Assembly: GCA_041639695.1 (NCBI GenBank)
Contig: JBEQBQ010000011.1
Location: 1 to 34,082 of the forward strand
Source of the DNA: Candidatus Nanohaloarchaea archaeon
GTDB taxonomy: Archaea; Nanohalarchaeota; Nanosalinia; Nanosalinales; Nanosalinaceae
Reading direction: 5' to 3'
Length of the DNA stretch: 34,082 nt
Part shown: one piece after another, positions 16,576 to 26,284 of the stretch
Layout: each line of letters starts with the position of its first letter
How positions within the stretch are numbered: position 1 is the stretch's first letter
Notes under the pieces: generated by a model
Databases searched by the model: none
What the model saw: the letters and a program-made list of their open reading frames with translations, nothing else
Told to the model about the DNA's origin: nothing
Position numbers and translations under genes: made by a program

Positions 16576-18765
16576 ATGTCTGACAAAGAGCTTGACGCAA
16601 TTAAAGGCGTGATCGAAGATCCTGAACACATCAGGAACATCGCGATCGCCGCACACATCGACCACGGAAAAACAACACTAACAGATAACTTACTAGCAAG
16701 GGCTGGCATGATCTCCGACAAACTTGCTGGAGACCAGCGCTTCATGGACTTCGACGACCAGGAAGCAGAGAGAGGAATTACTATTTACTCTGCAAACATC
16801 TCTATGGTCCACGAGTTTGATAACGAAGACTATCTTGTCAACCTTATTGACACACCGGGCCACGTCGACTTCGGAGGAGACGTTACACGTGCTATGCGTG
16901 CTGTCGACGGAGTACTAGTTCTTGTCGACGCTGTCGATGGCGTTATGCCTCAGACAGAGACCGTTATGAAACAGGCACTCCAGGAAGGAGTCAAGCCGAT
17001 CCTATTCATCAACAAAGTAGATCGCCTAATTGAAGAGATGCAGTTGACACCTGAGGAGATGCAGGAAAGATTCACTGAAATTATTAGAGGTGTAAACGCC
17101 GCGCTCAGAAAGTACGCCGATGAAGAAACAGCCGAGGAATGGAAGATGAGCGTACAGGACGGAACAGTTGCTTTCGGTTCCGCACTGATGAACTGGGCTA
17201 TCTCGATGCCTTACATGCAGGAAACAGGAATCACCTTCTCAGACCTTATTGACAGAGTAAACGAAGGAGACCACGAAGGCCTGAAAGAGGACGCACCTAT
17301 CGAAGAAGTTGTACTTGACATGGTTGTCAAGCATCTTGTTAACCCTCAAGAATCTGCTGAATGGAGAATCCCTGCTGTATGGCCGGGAGACGTATCAAGC
17401 GCAGTTGGAGAGGACATGATGCAGCACGATCAGGACGGAAGACTGGTCGGAGTAGTCACGAACGTTGAGGACGACGAACACGCTGGAACAATCGCGACCG
17501 CAAGACTGTTCTCCGGAACAGTACACGAAGGAGACGAGCTCTACGGACTAGGAAGTCAGAAGACAGAGAGAGCTCAGCAGGTCGGAATCTACTCCGGACC
17601 AAGAAAGCTGACAGTTGATTCAGTTCCATGTGGAAACATCGCAGCTATCACAGGACCGGACTTCTCAACAGGAGAAACATTTATCCTGAAAGGCGACGAT
17701 GAGATCCAGCCGTTCGAGCAGATCGAACACGTCTTCGAACCTGTTGTCACAAAGTCGATCGAGCCAAAGAGAACCTCCGACCTTCCAAAGCTAATTGAAA
17801 CACTAAGGAAGCGTGCTAAGGAAGACAACACGATCAAAGTCGATATTGACGAAGAGACTGGAGAAACACTTGTTTCCGGCCTCGGAGAGCTTCACATCGA
17901 AGCAAAGATTGAAAGACATCTGGAAGAGAAAGGAATCGACATCGACGTCTCCGAACCTATCGTTGTGTTCAGAGAAGGTATCGAGGACGAATCCGACGTT
18001 GTAACCGGCAAATCGCCTAACCGACACAACCAGCTTGAAATTTCGGTTGAGCCTATCGACGAGGAAGTAAGAAAATTCCTCAAGGAAGACTACGAAGAAA
18101 TCAAGATGCAGGCAGACGACGAGACAGAAGTCAGAGACGCTCTAGTAGAAGCAGGTCTTGATCAGGACGAGGCAGACAACATCATGGATACGTATGAGGA
18201 GAACCTGTTCATCAACGCTTCAAGAGGTATCAAGAACCTGAGAGAGATCCAGGAGTACCTTGTTGATGCGTTCCACGAGTTCTGTGATGAAGGACCTATG
18301 GCAGGAGAACCTGTAATCGGTCTAAAGGTCAAGCTTCACGACGCGAAGCTGCACGAGGACGCGATCCACAGAGGTCCATCCCAGATGATTCCAGCAACAA
18401 AGGATGCGATGACCAGGGGCTTCCTCCAGTCAACACCTAGAGTAATCGAACCTGTCCGAATCCTCAGGATCGACACCCCGACAGACGTTATGGGTGACGC
18501 TATGACAGAGGTAAGCAACAGAAGGGGCGACGTACAGGACATGGAGGAGGAAGGAGACTCAACCATCCTGACATGTAAGATCCCTGTCGAGGAGATGTTC
18601 GGGTTTGAAGCCGCTCTGAAAGGAGCTACGAACGGAAAAGGCTTCTTCAACAACAAGGACATGATCTTCGAACCGCTCCCTATGAACCTCCAGGAAGAAA
18701 AAATCATGGAGATCAGATCCAGAAAGGGAATGAAGGAAGAAATGCCTTCAGTAGAAGAGGAGTAA
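16576..18765 (+). CDS. fusA: Translation elongation factor 2
   Basis: AHIDHGKTT, RGITI, DTPGH, NKVD; diphthamide loop HEDAIHRG. Confidence 0.98.
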   Translation: MSDKELDAIKGVIEDPEHIRNIAIAAHIDHGKTTLTDNLLARAGMISDKLAGDQRFMDFDDQEAERGITIYSANISMVHEFDNEDYLVNLIDTPGHVDFGGDVTRAMRAVDGVLVLVDAVDGVMPQTETVMKQALQEGVKPILFINKVDRLIEEMQLTPEEMQERFTEIIRGVNAALRKYADEETAEEWKMSVQDGTVAFGSALMNWAISMPYMQETGITFSDLIDRVNEGDHEGLKEDAPIEEVVLDMVVKHLVNPQESAEWRIPAVWPGDVSSAVGEDMMQHDQDGRLVGVVTNVEDDEHAGTIATARLFSGTVHEGDELYGLGSQKTERAQQVGIYSGPRKLTVDSVPCGNIAAITGPDFSTGETFILKGDDEIQPFEQIEHVFEPVVTKSIEPKRTSDLPKLIETLRKRAKEDNTIKVDIDEETGETLVSGLGELHIEAKIERHLEEKGIDIDVSEPIVVFREGIEDESDVVTGKSPNRHNQLEISVEPIDEEVRKFLKEDYEEIKMQADDETEVRDALVEAGLDQDEADNIMDTYEENLFINASRGIKNLREIQEYLVDAFHEFCDEGPMAGEPVIGLKVKLHDAKLHEDAIHRGPSQMIPATKDAMTRGFLQSTPRVIEPVRILRIDTPTDVMGDAMTEVSNRRGDVQDMEEEGDSTILTCKIPVEEMFGFEAALKGATNGKGFFNNKDMIFEPLPMNLQEEKIMEIRSRKGMKEEMPSVEEE

Positions 18766-18801
18766 CTTCCTCACCTTTCATTTTTCCTGCTTCTTTTCTT
18801 C
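18766..18801 (+). terminator. Pyrimidine/T-rich terminator-like tract after EF-2
   Basis: CTTTCATTTTTCCTGCTTCTTTTCTT. Confidence 0.5.
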
Positions 18802-18919
18802 AAAAACTGTGATTGACCGAGATTTTCCGCGCCCTAATTTTTGCCAGTAGTTAACCAGCACAGACCGCTAGAATATTTAAGGGAAAAACTTAAGTATTGT
18901 TACCATAAAATAGTAACAT

Positions 18920-20002
18920 ATGTATCCAGGATTTTTTGGAGAAAGCAAGCCAGAAGATGAGAATTACCTGAAAGAAAGACTTGAAACTCAGGTAGGAGAC
19001 GGCGAGAAAGAACTGAGTGACTTTCTATACGATGCCGTGGAGACGGAAGGATACGGAATTAAACAAGTGCTTAATCTAATCGCAGATTCAAATCTATATG
19101 AGTTCGATCCCGAAAACTACCATAGAAGATCATTAATTCTTGAGGAAGACGAAGTATCTGAACCCGGATCATCGAGACCTGGAGAACCAATCGACACTGA
19201 AGAAGTAGACTCTAAAGATCTCCCAAACCATCTCTGTGTTGAGAGAGGTGAATACATCGATAGATATCACCACAGAATGATCGTGCCCGAAAACGAGTTT
19301 GTGATGCGTTCGGATCTATCCAGGCAGTTAAACGATTTCATCTCCATGATTAACTTCGAATCAGAAATACTCCAGGAAGTAGAGAATTCTGACAACTTCA
19401 CCACCAGGTTTGAAAACCATTTCAAGGCCGAGTATGGCGAAGAACAGTTATCTAAAGCCTGTTTTGCACTGAAAAACTGGTTCACAGAAGACTATAGCAA
19501 GATAGATTCATGGGAAGAATCAGAGGCAGTTTCAAACTACGTAGAAATTACAAGGAGAGTATTCGGGGATGTTTTCAACGAGGAATCAATACCTGTCTTC
19601 AGAGGAATCACTATTGAAGGAGCCATGAATAATAATAGGAACACCGATTTCGACAGTTATGCAGAGGAAGACCTGCTGGAAGTAAAAGAGTTCGAAAGAG
19701 AGATCAGAGACAAGGGACTGGAAGTTGAGAGAAACACTCCTGATTCGTGGAGTCGAAACCCTCAAGTTGCTATGGACTTCACTGAGGCACGTAATAGCCA
19801 CTACAACAGGGGGGTGCTTCTGCGGAAAACCGTTGATGCGGACGACCTACTTGTCTGCTGGTCCAGTGAGCTAAGTAATGAACTGATTCTGGACGATGAC
19901 CAAGAAAGATTTACTGGCGAGGAGATCAGAATAGTTGATTCACCGGAAGCAAACTTCTCAGACCATGACCTAAGATGGCTCTATGACAATCTGCATGCCT
20001 AA
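18920..20002 (+). CDS. Hypothetical protein with putative C-terminal ADP-ribosyltransferase (R-S-E) fold
   Basis: IPVFRGI ... DSWSRNPQVAMDF ... GVLLRKTV ... SELSNELIL. The ORF is certain; the function is inferred from motif order. Confidence 0.55.
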   Translation: MYPGFFGESKPEDENYLKERLETQVGDGEKELSDFLYDAVETEGYGIKQVLNLIADSNLYEFDPENYHRRSLILEEDEVSEPGSSRPGEPIDTEEVDSKDLPNHLCVERGEYIDRYHHRMIVPENEFVMRSDLSRQLNDFISMINFESEILQEVENSDNFTTRFENHFKAEYGEEQLSKACFALKNWFTEDYSKIDSWEESEAVSNYVEITRRVFGDVFNEESIPVFRGITIEGAMNNNRNTDFDSYAEEDLLEVKEFEREIRDKGLEVERNTPDSWSRNPQVAMDFTEARNSHYNRGVLLRKTVDADDLLVCWSSELSNELILDDDQERFTGEEIRIVDSPEANFSDHDLRWLYDNLHA

Positions 20003-20145
20003 AAGGGATACAAGAATTTTACCGAGACAAGACAAAAATTTTGTAGATCCGCTAGAGAAGAGTCACTAAAGTAGGAATTATCTTCAGTCGAAGGGGAGTA
20101 AACTCCCTCCCACACATTTATTTCTTCACATATATTCTTCTGAAT

Positions 20146-20562
20146 ATGACTTATCAGGAAAATAAGTACAAAAACTTCTCCGGCGAGATGCCTAACGACA
20201 TGGAGTTCACCGAGGAAGGCGAAGCTTTAGGCCTAGGAAAGCACGCCCACATGTTACACAGAATGGTAGAAGGCAGCGAACATACAGAATACAGCTTTGA
20301 CATCGATCTAGATACGAGAGACCATGAATCTCTTAGAGAACTAACCGGCGAGACCTTGAACCGGATGTTGGACTATCTTGATCCGGAGCACGAAAACTAT
20401 GGAGCTCTACCTGAGGATCGGAAAGGAGGTTTTCCGGTAGAAAGAGAGGTTGAAAAAGCAGCACGAGAGCTGGATCACGGTTTCGGCCCTATAACCGCAT
20501 CCCATGAATCTATGAAACAGCTGGTTCAGAGAAGACTGCCTAAGTACTCAGAAATCTTTTGA
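20146..20562 (+). CDS. Hypothetical protein
   Basis: 138-aa acidic ATG ORF. Confidence 0.75.
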   Translation: MTYQENKYKNFSGEMPNDMEFTEEGEALGLGKHAHMLHRMVEGSEHTEYSFDIDLDTRDHESLRELTGETLNRMLDYLDPEHENYGALPEDRKGGFPVEREVEKAARELDHGFGPITASHESMKQLVQRRLPKYSEIF

Positions 20563-20573
20563 GCGTGTCTTGA

Positions 20574-20837
20574 ATGACGGAGATACCTAGTTTTATCACC
20601 GAATGGGACTGCCTTGAGCCTAGAGAACTGGTCTCGCACCATGAAACCTTGGAAGAGGCCGGTTTTGTGCTGAGGAACGGAAGCCTTGGATACTTTCTTT
20701 CAGACGATGATGATTGGATTGAACCTGAAGAAGAGACGGAACTTAGAGCTACTTACCTCAATTACAGCGACCGCCATGAAGTCGATCTTGTATACGAGGG
20801 GAATGTAAACGAACTATATGAGTTCTTTGATGTTTAA
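20574..20837 (+). CDS. Hypothetical protein
   Basis: 87-aa very acidic ORF, 11 bp after the previous gene. Confidence 0.7.
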   Translation: MTEIPSFITEWDCLEPRELVSHHETLEEAGFVLRNGSLGYFLSDDDDWIEPEEETELRATYLNYSDRHEVDLVYEGNVNELYEFFDV

Positions 20838-20886
20838 GCAGATTGCTGGCCCGGATAATTATTAAGACCGGGTGGAATTAAGCTCT

Positions 20887-21348
20887 ATGAGTAAGAAAAG
20901 TCTCAGAACAGGAGCCAAGATGATTCTGTTCCTTATTTTCGCGGGCATAGGTCTTTATGCAGGAAATCTTTATTTTGACGACGGCAGCATAACTCAGAAG
21001 GATGCAGTTATGAAAGCTGAGAACATTAGCACTTACTCTAACCTAGAAAATCGTTTCAACAGCATTAAGATAGACGTTTTCAGCATGAACGCTTCGAATG
21101 AAACGCTGAAAAGCTCCCCTCTACGTAATAAATCAGGGCATATAGTTTTCGCAAGAATTGGGAGTATAAACGTCTCAGATGAAATGCTGGAAAAATCTCC
21201 CGCACAGAATAGATCGGAGTTCATAAGTTTCATGGGATTAGATAGACCTGGTTATGTCTACCACTTCGATCTCTCCGGACAGTTTATAGGCGAATTCCGA
21301 GCCAACGATATCGAGTTTGTACATAGGTATGCCAGTGATCAAAACTGA
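20887..21348 (+). CDS. N-terminally anchored surface glycoprotein-like protein with internal repeat
   Basis: TM ILFLIFAGIGLYAG; six N-x-S/T sequons; duplicated motif NASNETLKSSPLRNKS / NVSDEMLEKSPAQNRS. Confidence 0.72.
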   Translation: MSKKSLRTGAKMILFLIFAGIGLYAGNLYFDDGSITQKDAVMKAENISTYSNLENRFNSIKIDVFSMNASNETLKSSPLRNKSGHIVFARIGSINVSDEMLEKSPAQNRSEFISFMGLDRPGYVYHFDLSGQFIGEFRANDIEFVHRYASDQN

Positions 21349-21403
21349 TTGTTGTATTGCCGGAGAACATAGAATTTAACCGTTCCCTGTTAGAGGTATT
21401 TCT

Positions 21404-21676
21404 ATGGCCGAATTTCTTTCCTATTTCAAACCTGGACGGGAAAACCTTCTGTTGACCCTAGTGATGGCCGCTGTATTTTTCTCAGTTGCGACCCTTGTTA
21501 TGATTTTACTTGATGTAGCCCTGGTCGGAGAGTTTGTTGATCCGCCGACCGCGGAAACTTCAGAGATGGAGTTCCTACTGGTTTTCTCACCCTTAATAGG
21601 CATGCTGGCAGCTTTCTACGTCCCGGCCTGTGTGGGGCTTTACTGGATCAGGGAGCGTTTTGATACCGGGAACTAG
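21404..21676 (+). CDS. Small 2-TM membrane protein
   Basis: Two long hydrophobic segments. Confidence 0.72.
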   Translation: MAEFLSYFKPGRENLLLTLVMAAVFFSVATLVMILLDVALVGEFVDPPTAETSEMEFLLVFSPLIGMLAAFYVPACVGLYWIRERFDTGN

Positions 21677-21745
21677 GCCAATCACAAACCCTTTTTAAAG
21701 TTTAATCGGGTTAACCGAGTTATACGCTGTAGGTGCAAATCAATA

Positions 21746-23032
21746 ATGGCAGATAAACCACACGTTAACTTAGTATTCATCGGACACGTTGACCACGGAA
21801 AGTCGACCACAATCGGTAGACTTCTGTGGGACACAGAAAACCTTCCAGAAGAAGAGATGCGAAAGCTCGAAGACGCAGCTGAAGAAGCTGGCAAAGAAAC
21901 CTTCGGATTCGCATTCGCTATGGACTCACTTGAAGAGGAGAGAGAAAGAGGAGTTACTATCGACCTCGCTCACAAGGAGTTCGACTCAGACAACTACTTC
22001 TTCACAATCATCGACGCTCCAGGCCACAGAGACTTCATCAAAAACATGATCACAGGAGCCTCCCAGGCCGACGCAGGAGTTCTCGTCGTCGCAGCTGACG
22101 ACGGAATCCAGCCACAGACAAAGGAGCACGCATACCTCGCGAAGACTCTTGGAATCGATCAGCTAACAGTAGCTGTCAACAAGATGGATCTCGCGGACTA
22201 TGAAGAAGATGGCTTCAACGACATCAAAGGAGATGTCGAGGAGCTTCTACAGGGCGTAGGATTCGATCCTTCCGAGATCGACTTCGTACCGATTTCCTCT
22301 TTCGAAGGAGAAGGAGTCGCAGAGACTTCCGACGAAATGCCTTGGTACGACGGACCTTCCCTACTCGACTCACTTGACAACCTAGACGAACCTGAGAAGC
22401 CTGAGGACCTACCTCTCAGAGCTCCAATCCAGGACGTCTACAACATCTCCGGAATCGGAGCTGTTACAGTCGGACGTGTCGAGACAGGAGAGATTTCCCC
22501 TGGCGACGACGTAACGTTCGAACCAGCATCCACAAGACACAACGGAAACGTTGGTGGAGAAGTCAAGACAATCGAGATGCACCACGAAGAAGTCGACCAC
22601 GCAGAAGCAGGAGACAACATCGGATGGAACACAAGAGGCGTCGGCCAGGACAAGGTCAAGAAAGGCGACGTCGCAGGACCTTCCGACAACCCTCCAACAG
22701 TTGTCGAGACCTTCGAAGCACAGGTCATCGTCCTCAACCACCCTAACGTGATCTCCGAAGGATACACACCTGTATTCCACGTCAACACAGCGCAGGTCTC
22801 GTGTACTTTCGAAGACATCAAGTCGACGATGAATCCTAAGACCGGAGAGACACTCGAAGAAGACCCTGACTACATCAAGCAGGGACAGGCAGCAAAGGTC
22901 ACAATCAGACCACAGCAGCCACTAGTCATCGAGTCCAACGACGACATCCCACAGATGGCAAGATTCGCCGTCAGAGACATGGGACAGACAGTCGGCGCAG
23001 GACAGTGTCTATCCGTAGAAGAGAAGGAATAA
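21746..23032 (+). CDS. tuf: Translation elongation factor 1-alpha
   Basis: [41 protein letters not shown]. Confidence 0.98.
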   Translation: MADKPHVNLVFIGHVDHGKSTTIGRLLWDTENLPEEEMRKLEDAAEEAGKETFGFAFAMDSLEEERERGVTIDLAHKEFDSDNYFFTIIDAPGHRDFIKNMITGASQADAGVLVVAADDGIQPQTKEHAYLAKTLGIDQLTVAVNKMDLADYEEDGFNDIKGDVEELLQGVGFDPSEIDFVPISSFEGEGVAETSDEMPWYDGPSLLDSLDNLDEPEKPEDLPLRAPIQDVYNISGIGAVTVGRVETGEISPGDDVTFEPASTRHNGNVGGEVKTIEMHHEEVDHAEAGDNIGWNTRGVGQDKVKKGDVAGPSDNPPTVVETFEAQVIVLNHPNVISEGYTPVFHVNTAQVSCTFEDIKSTMNPKTGETLEEDPDYIKQGQAAKVTIRPQQPLVIESNDDIPQMARFAVRDMGQTVGAGQCLSVEEKE

Positions 23033-23055
23033 TTTCCTTCTCCTTTTTTTATTCA
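23033..23055 (+). terminator. Oligo-T terminator after tuf
   Basis: TTTCCTTCTCCTTTTTTTATT. Confidence 0.55.
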
Positions 23056-23132
23056 CCGAATACAATTCTTTCTAAACCAACCAATCCCTGTATAGTTTAG
23101 TGTAATAAAAATTTGTTCTGAATTAGTTTGTC

Positions 23133-23360
23133 ATGGCACACGGAGGCACAGACATAGGTAAATACGAACCATGGGAAGAAGAACCCGATCAACCTCAGGA
23201 ACCTCTAGAATACCTAGGTCTCGATCAGGAAGATAAAGAATCCGTGCTCGACCACAACGAGATGACAGAATCGTATGAGGTAGAAGTTGATAGGATAGAG
23301 AAATACATGTCCTGGACGGAGAAATTACTTTACTCTCCATCTTCCGTACACCATTTATAA
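23133..23360 (+). CDS. Small acidic hypothetical protein
   Basis: 75-aa ATG ORF between tuf and rps10; its 3' end overlaps the putative rps10 TATA box. Confidence 0.55.
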   Translation: MAHGGTDIGKYEPWEEEPDQPQEPLEYLGLDQEDKESVLDHNEMTESYEVEVDRIEKYMSWTEKLLYSPSSVHHL

Positions 23361-23383
23361 GATTTAACTCGTGAAGAATTGGT

Positions 23384-23692
23384 ATGAAGAGAGCACGTGT
23401 AAAGCTCAGGAGCACAAGCCAGGACAAGATAGATGAACTGGCGGATGAAATCATCGAGATCGGAGAAGAATACGAGGCAGAGATTTCAGGTCCAGTACCA
23501 CTGCCAACACAGACACTTAGGATCCCTACAAGGAAGGCTCCTGACGGAGAAGGTTCCGAAACAATTGAGCGTTACGAGATGCACGTCCACAACAGACTTA
23601 TCGACATCAAGGACTCCGAAAGGGCTTTGAGACAGGTCATGAGAGTTCACGTTCCAGAGGGCGTCGACATCGAGATCGAACTCGAGGAATAG
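23384..23692 (+). CDS. rps10: 30S ribosomal protein uS10
   Basis: SGPVPLPT, TRKAPDGEGS, HNRLIDI. Confidence 0.97.
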   Translation: MKRARVKLRSTSQDKIDELADEIIEIGEEYEAEISGPVPLPTQTLRIPTRKAPDGEGSETIERYEMHVHNRLIDIKDSERALRQVMRVHVPEGVDIEIELEE

Positions 23693-23789
23693 CTTCTCAA
23701 TAGTATTTCTTTCAAACTCCTTTCTACTTTGGTTGCTAGCTGTAGCCATACCACAGAAATATTTAAAAATTGCCATTTTGAAGTAACAA

Positions 23790-24521
23790 ATGTTAGGTGG
23801 TAAAATGGAAAACACTAGCGAGACTCAAACAGCTAGAGCTTTACTTGACATAAAAACTAGTGTGGCGGCAAAAACCGACGGACACGCCGACAGACTTCAA
23901 ACAGCAATAGCTCCGGACACAGAAGACACAAGTATTAACTACAAAATTGAAGACAGAGAAGATCTAACAGTTTACCGAGGACCTAAATCAGTAACCGTCA
24001 TGGAGGCGTTAGAGGCTGATCATTACTTGTCCGGTGAACACTTTGATACAGACTTCGGGCCAATTTCTGAGGACGATATTGAAATCATCAAACAGGAGAC
24101 TTATCAAGAGCATAAAAAGCTGGACCCAGAGGAAGTTCTTGAGGCAGAAGAGAAGATTTACACTCAAAAAGCCCCGAGGGAAGAAGATAAAATTCTAGAA
24201 CAGGATAGCAAATACCTACCCGACGATAAACCAACATGGGACGTTTCTAGTGACGTTAGCAATTCCGTAACAGGGATTTACAACTCCATAGATGAGGCAG
24301 AACTTGAACTCGAATTTACCAAGGACATAACTGATGTAGATGTAGAAAAGGTACGGATCTTGGCAGAAAACATCCATAACCAGGAAGATACATCAATCTC
24401 TATTCAAGACACTATCGACTACTCAAAGTTTAAGTCCGAAGAGACTTACGACAGACCTCCTGAAATCTCTGAAACTGGGATAGAATTGGATACAGATTAT
24501 TCGGACAGATTTGAGCTATAG
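23790..24521 (+). CDS. Acidic hypothetical protein (start may be 23805)
   Basis: 243-aa ORF; AGGTGG SD-like sequence before ATG 23805. Confidence 0.75.
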   Translation: MLGGKMENTSETQTARALLDIKTSVAAKTDGHADRLQTAIAPDTEDTSINYKIEDREDLTVYRGPKSVTVMEALEADHYLSGEHFDTDFGPISEDDIEIIKQETYQEHKKLDPEEVLEAEEKIYTQKAPREEDKILEQDSKYLPDDKPTWDVSSDVSNSVTGIYNSIDEAELELEFTKDITDVDVEKVRILAENIHNQEDTSISIQDTIDYSKFKSEETYDRPPEISETGIELDTDYSDRFEL

Positions 24522-24674
24522 AATGTCACCAAGGGGAGGTTTCCCTTCCCTCTCTAAATATCGGAAGGGTTCCAACCTAATTTAAAGTTTCTACCAGCTT
24601 CTAATTCTAGACGGTTCAACAGAGCGCTTCCTATTCCGGAAGAGCTTAACTGATTAAACTCGTGTAAGTTTGTT

Positions 24675-24760
24675 GCCGAGGTGACTGAGTGGCTAAAGGT
24701 GCCACCCTGGAAAGGTGGTGAGCGTTACAGCTCTCCTGGGTTCAAATCCCAGCCTCGGCG
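24675..24760 (+). tRNA. tRNA-Ser(GGA)
   Basis: Acceptor stem GCCGAGG/CCTCGGC, discriminator G, anticodon arm CCACC-CTGGAAA-GGTGG, long variable arm, TTCAAAT T-loop; usual position after rps10. Confidence 0.96.
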
Positions 24761-24767
24761 TCCAATT

Positions 24768-25286
24768 ATGAGCCTCCCTGAGTACGCACCTGATTTCTGT
24801 CCCAGATGTGGTAGCGAGCTGGTAGTAAGGTATAATGAGAATCGGGAGAGATGTTTCTGTCAGGACTGCAACGACTTCGTATACATGAACCCTAACCCTT
24901 GTGCGAGCGTAGCGGTTATCAAAGACGACGAGGTTCTGATGGTGAAAAGAGATGTAGAACCGGGCAAGGGCACTTGGAGCCTCCCTGGAGGATTCTTAGA
25001 ATACGATGAAGAACCGAAAAAGGCAGCAAGTAGAGAGCTCAAAGAAGAAACTAGTGTTGAAATTGAGGAAGACATACTTGAACTTCTAGAGACGTTCTTG
25101 ATAAGACACGAGAACTACCAAAACGCAGTCATACTAATCTACAAACTGGAAATATCCGAGACCGAAATGGAACTCTCTTCCGGAGAAGATGTACAGGAAT
25201 CAAGATTCATGAGCTCTGAAGATCTCGAAGAGAAAACTTTCAGCAACCCTAAATACAAGGATGTTGCAAGCAACTTGATAGACTAG
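24768..25286 (+). CDS. Zn-ribbon Nudix hydrolase (ADP-ribose pyrophosphatase-like)
   Basis: CPRCG...CQDC, NP, Nudix box GGFLEYDEEPKKAASRELKEET. Start is the ATG after the tRNA. Confidence 0.92.
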   Translation: MSLPEYAPDFCPRCGSELVVRYNENRERCFCQDCNDFVYMNPNPCASVAVIKDDEVLMVKRDVEPGKGTWSLPGGFLEYDEEPKKAASRELKEETSVEIEEDILELLETFLIRHENYQNAVILIYKLEISETEMELSSGEDVQESRFMSSEDLEEKTFSNPKYKDVASNLID

Positions 25287-25332
25287 AAAGAGAACCTGTT
25301 GTATCGGCAAAGAATTCAGGCATTTCGTATTT

Positions 25333-25680
25333 TCAGGCAAGAAAATCGTCGAGTTCAGAAACTATTCTCTCTGCAAAATTAACTGCCTCAACACGATCGT
25401 TCTCCGTTCTCATCAAAGTCATTCTAGGTTCTGAAAAACAGTTAACTATAGCAGGCAGCGCCCGATCTTTCGTGAAATCCTCCAGTCTTCCGACCAACAA
25501 CTGGCTTGAGTTAGGGAAAACATATTCTACAGATTGGTGTTCCTCAAAACCGGAGCCATAGTTCGTGAAGACTTTCACCTCAACATACTGTTCTGAGTCA
25601 GGAAGCTCTAGATCAGTTTCGTAATGCGGTACCCGTTCTCGTCCGTACTCTAGACCCACAACCCACATATTAACCGACAA
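25333..25680 (-). CDS. Hypothetical protein, apparent paralogue of 25927-26232 (start may be ATG 25668)
   Basis: ORF plus visible similarity to the neighbouring ORF. Confidence 0.65.
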   Translation of the reverse strand: MSVNMWVVGLEYGRERVPHYETDLELPDSEQYVEVKVFTNYGSGFEEHQSVEYVFPNSSQLLVGRLEDFTKDRALPAIVNCFSEPRMTLMRTENDRVEAVNFAERIVSELDDFLA

Positions 25681-25693
25681 ACTATTTACAGCT

Positions 25694-25930
25694 ATGGCAG
25701 GATCACATCCCTCAAAGATCGAACTTGAAGACGCAAAAGTTTACATACACAAGAAGGACGAAGACTCGGGTTCGCAGAACATCCATATTGACGTTGAACA
25801 CGAGGACTTGAACGAGATAATCGAATCGGGGGAGAACAGTTTTGTCGGCGGCAAAGATGGTGGAATCTTCATAGGTTTGAAGGACGAGATGATTGAGAGA
25901 GCCAAAAACTTTGTTGAAGACCGAAACTAG
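25694..25930 (+). CDS. Small hypothetical protein
   Basis: 78-aa acidic ORF (HIDVEH, FVGGKDGGIFIG). Confidence 0.7.
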   Translation: MAGSHPSKIELEDAKVYIHKKDEDSGSQNIHIDVEHEDLNEIIESGENSFVGGKDGGIFIGLKDEMIERAKNFVEDRN

Positions 25931-26232
25931 AAACTGTCCAGTGCTTCAAGAAGATTTTCCGCAATCTCTACAGCCTCTGCCTCTTCTGCTGTATCAAGAA
26001 CTGTATAGGCCCTGTCGCCTTCTTCATAGAATTCAGTAAACCCATCAAGTGTCTCGGCGACATCTTCTTCAAAACTGTATCTAAGTACGTGGAAAGGATC
26101 CTTTATATCGATGTAGAACAGGCTTACCTCAGTTTCACCGAACTTTTCCGTGTCAACCTTCTTATCGTGGTAGGACGGGAGCGAGTCATCCCGTTCAACT
26201 ATCCTGTAAATATCCTCAGAGTCTACTGACAC
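25927..26232 (-). CDS. Hypothetical protein, apparent paralogue of 25333-25680
   Basis: 101-aa acidic ORF with GTG start. Confidence 0.7.
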   Translation of the reverse strand: MSVDSEDIYRIVERDDSLPSYHDKKVDTEKFGETEVSLFYIDIKDPFHVLRYSFEEDVAETLDGFTEFYEEGDRAYTVLDTAEEAEAVEIAENLLEALDSF

Positions 26233-26284
26233 AGACTTCTTCTTCGAAGTTAAGTGTTAAAACTGCTTTTGGGAAAACTTGGAT

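Noticed and set aside
24681-24767. N-terminal extension of the Nudix ORF in the track
   Set aside because: It is the tRNA-Ser sequence read in frame; the real start is ATG 24768.
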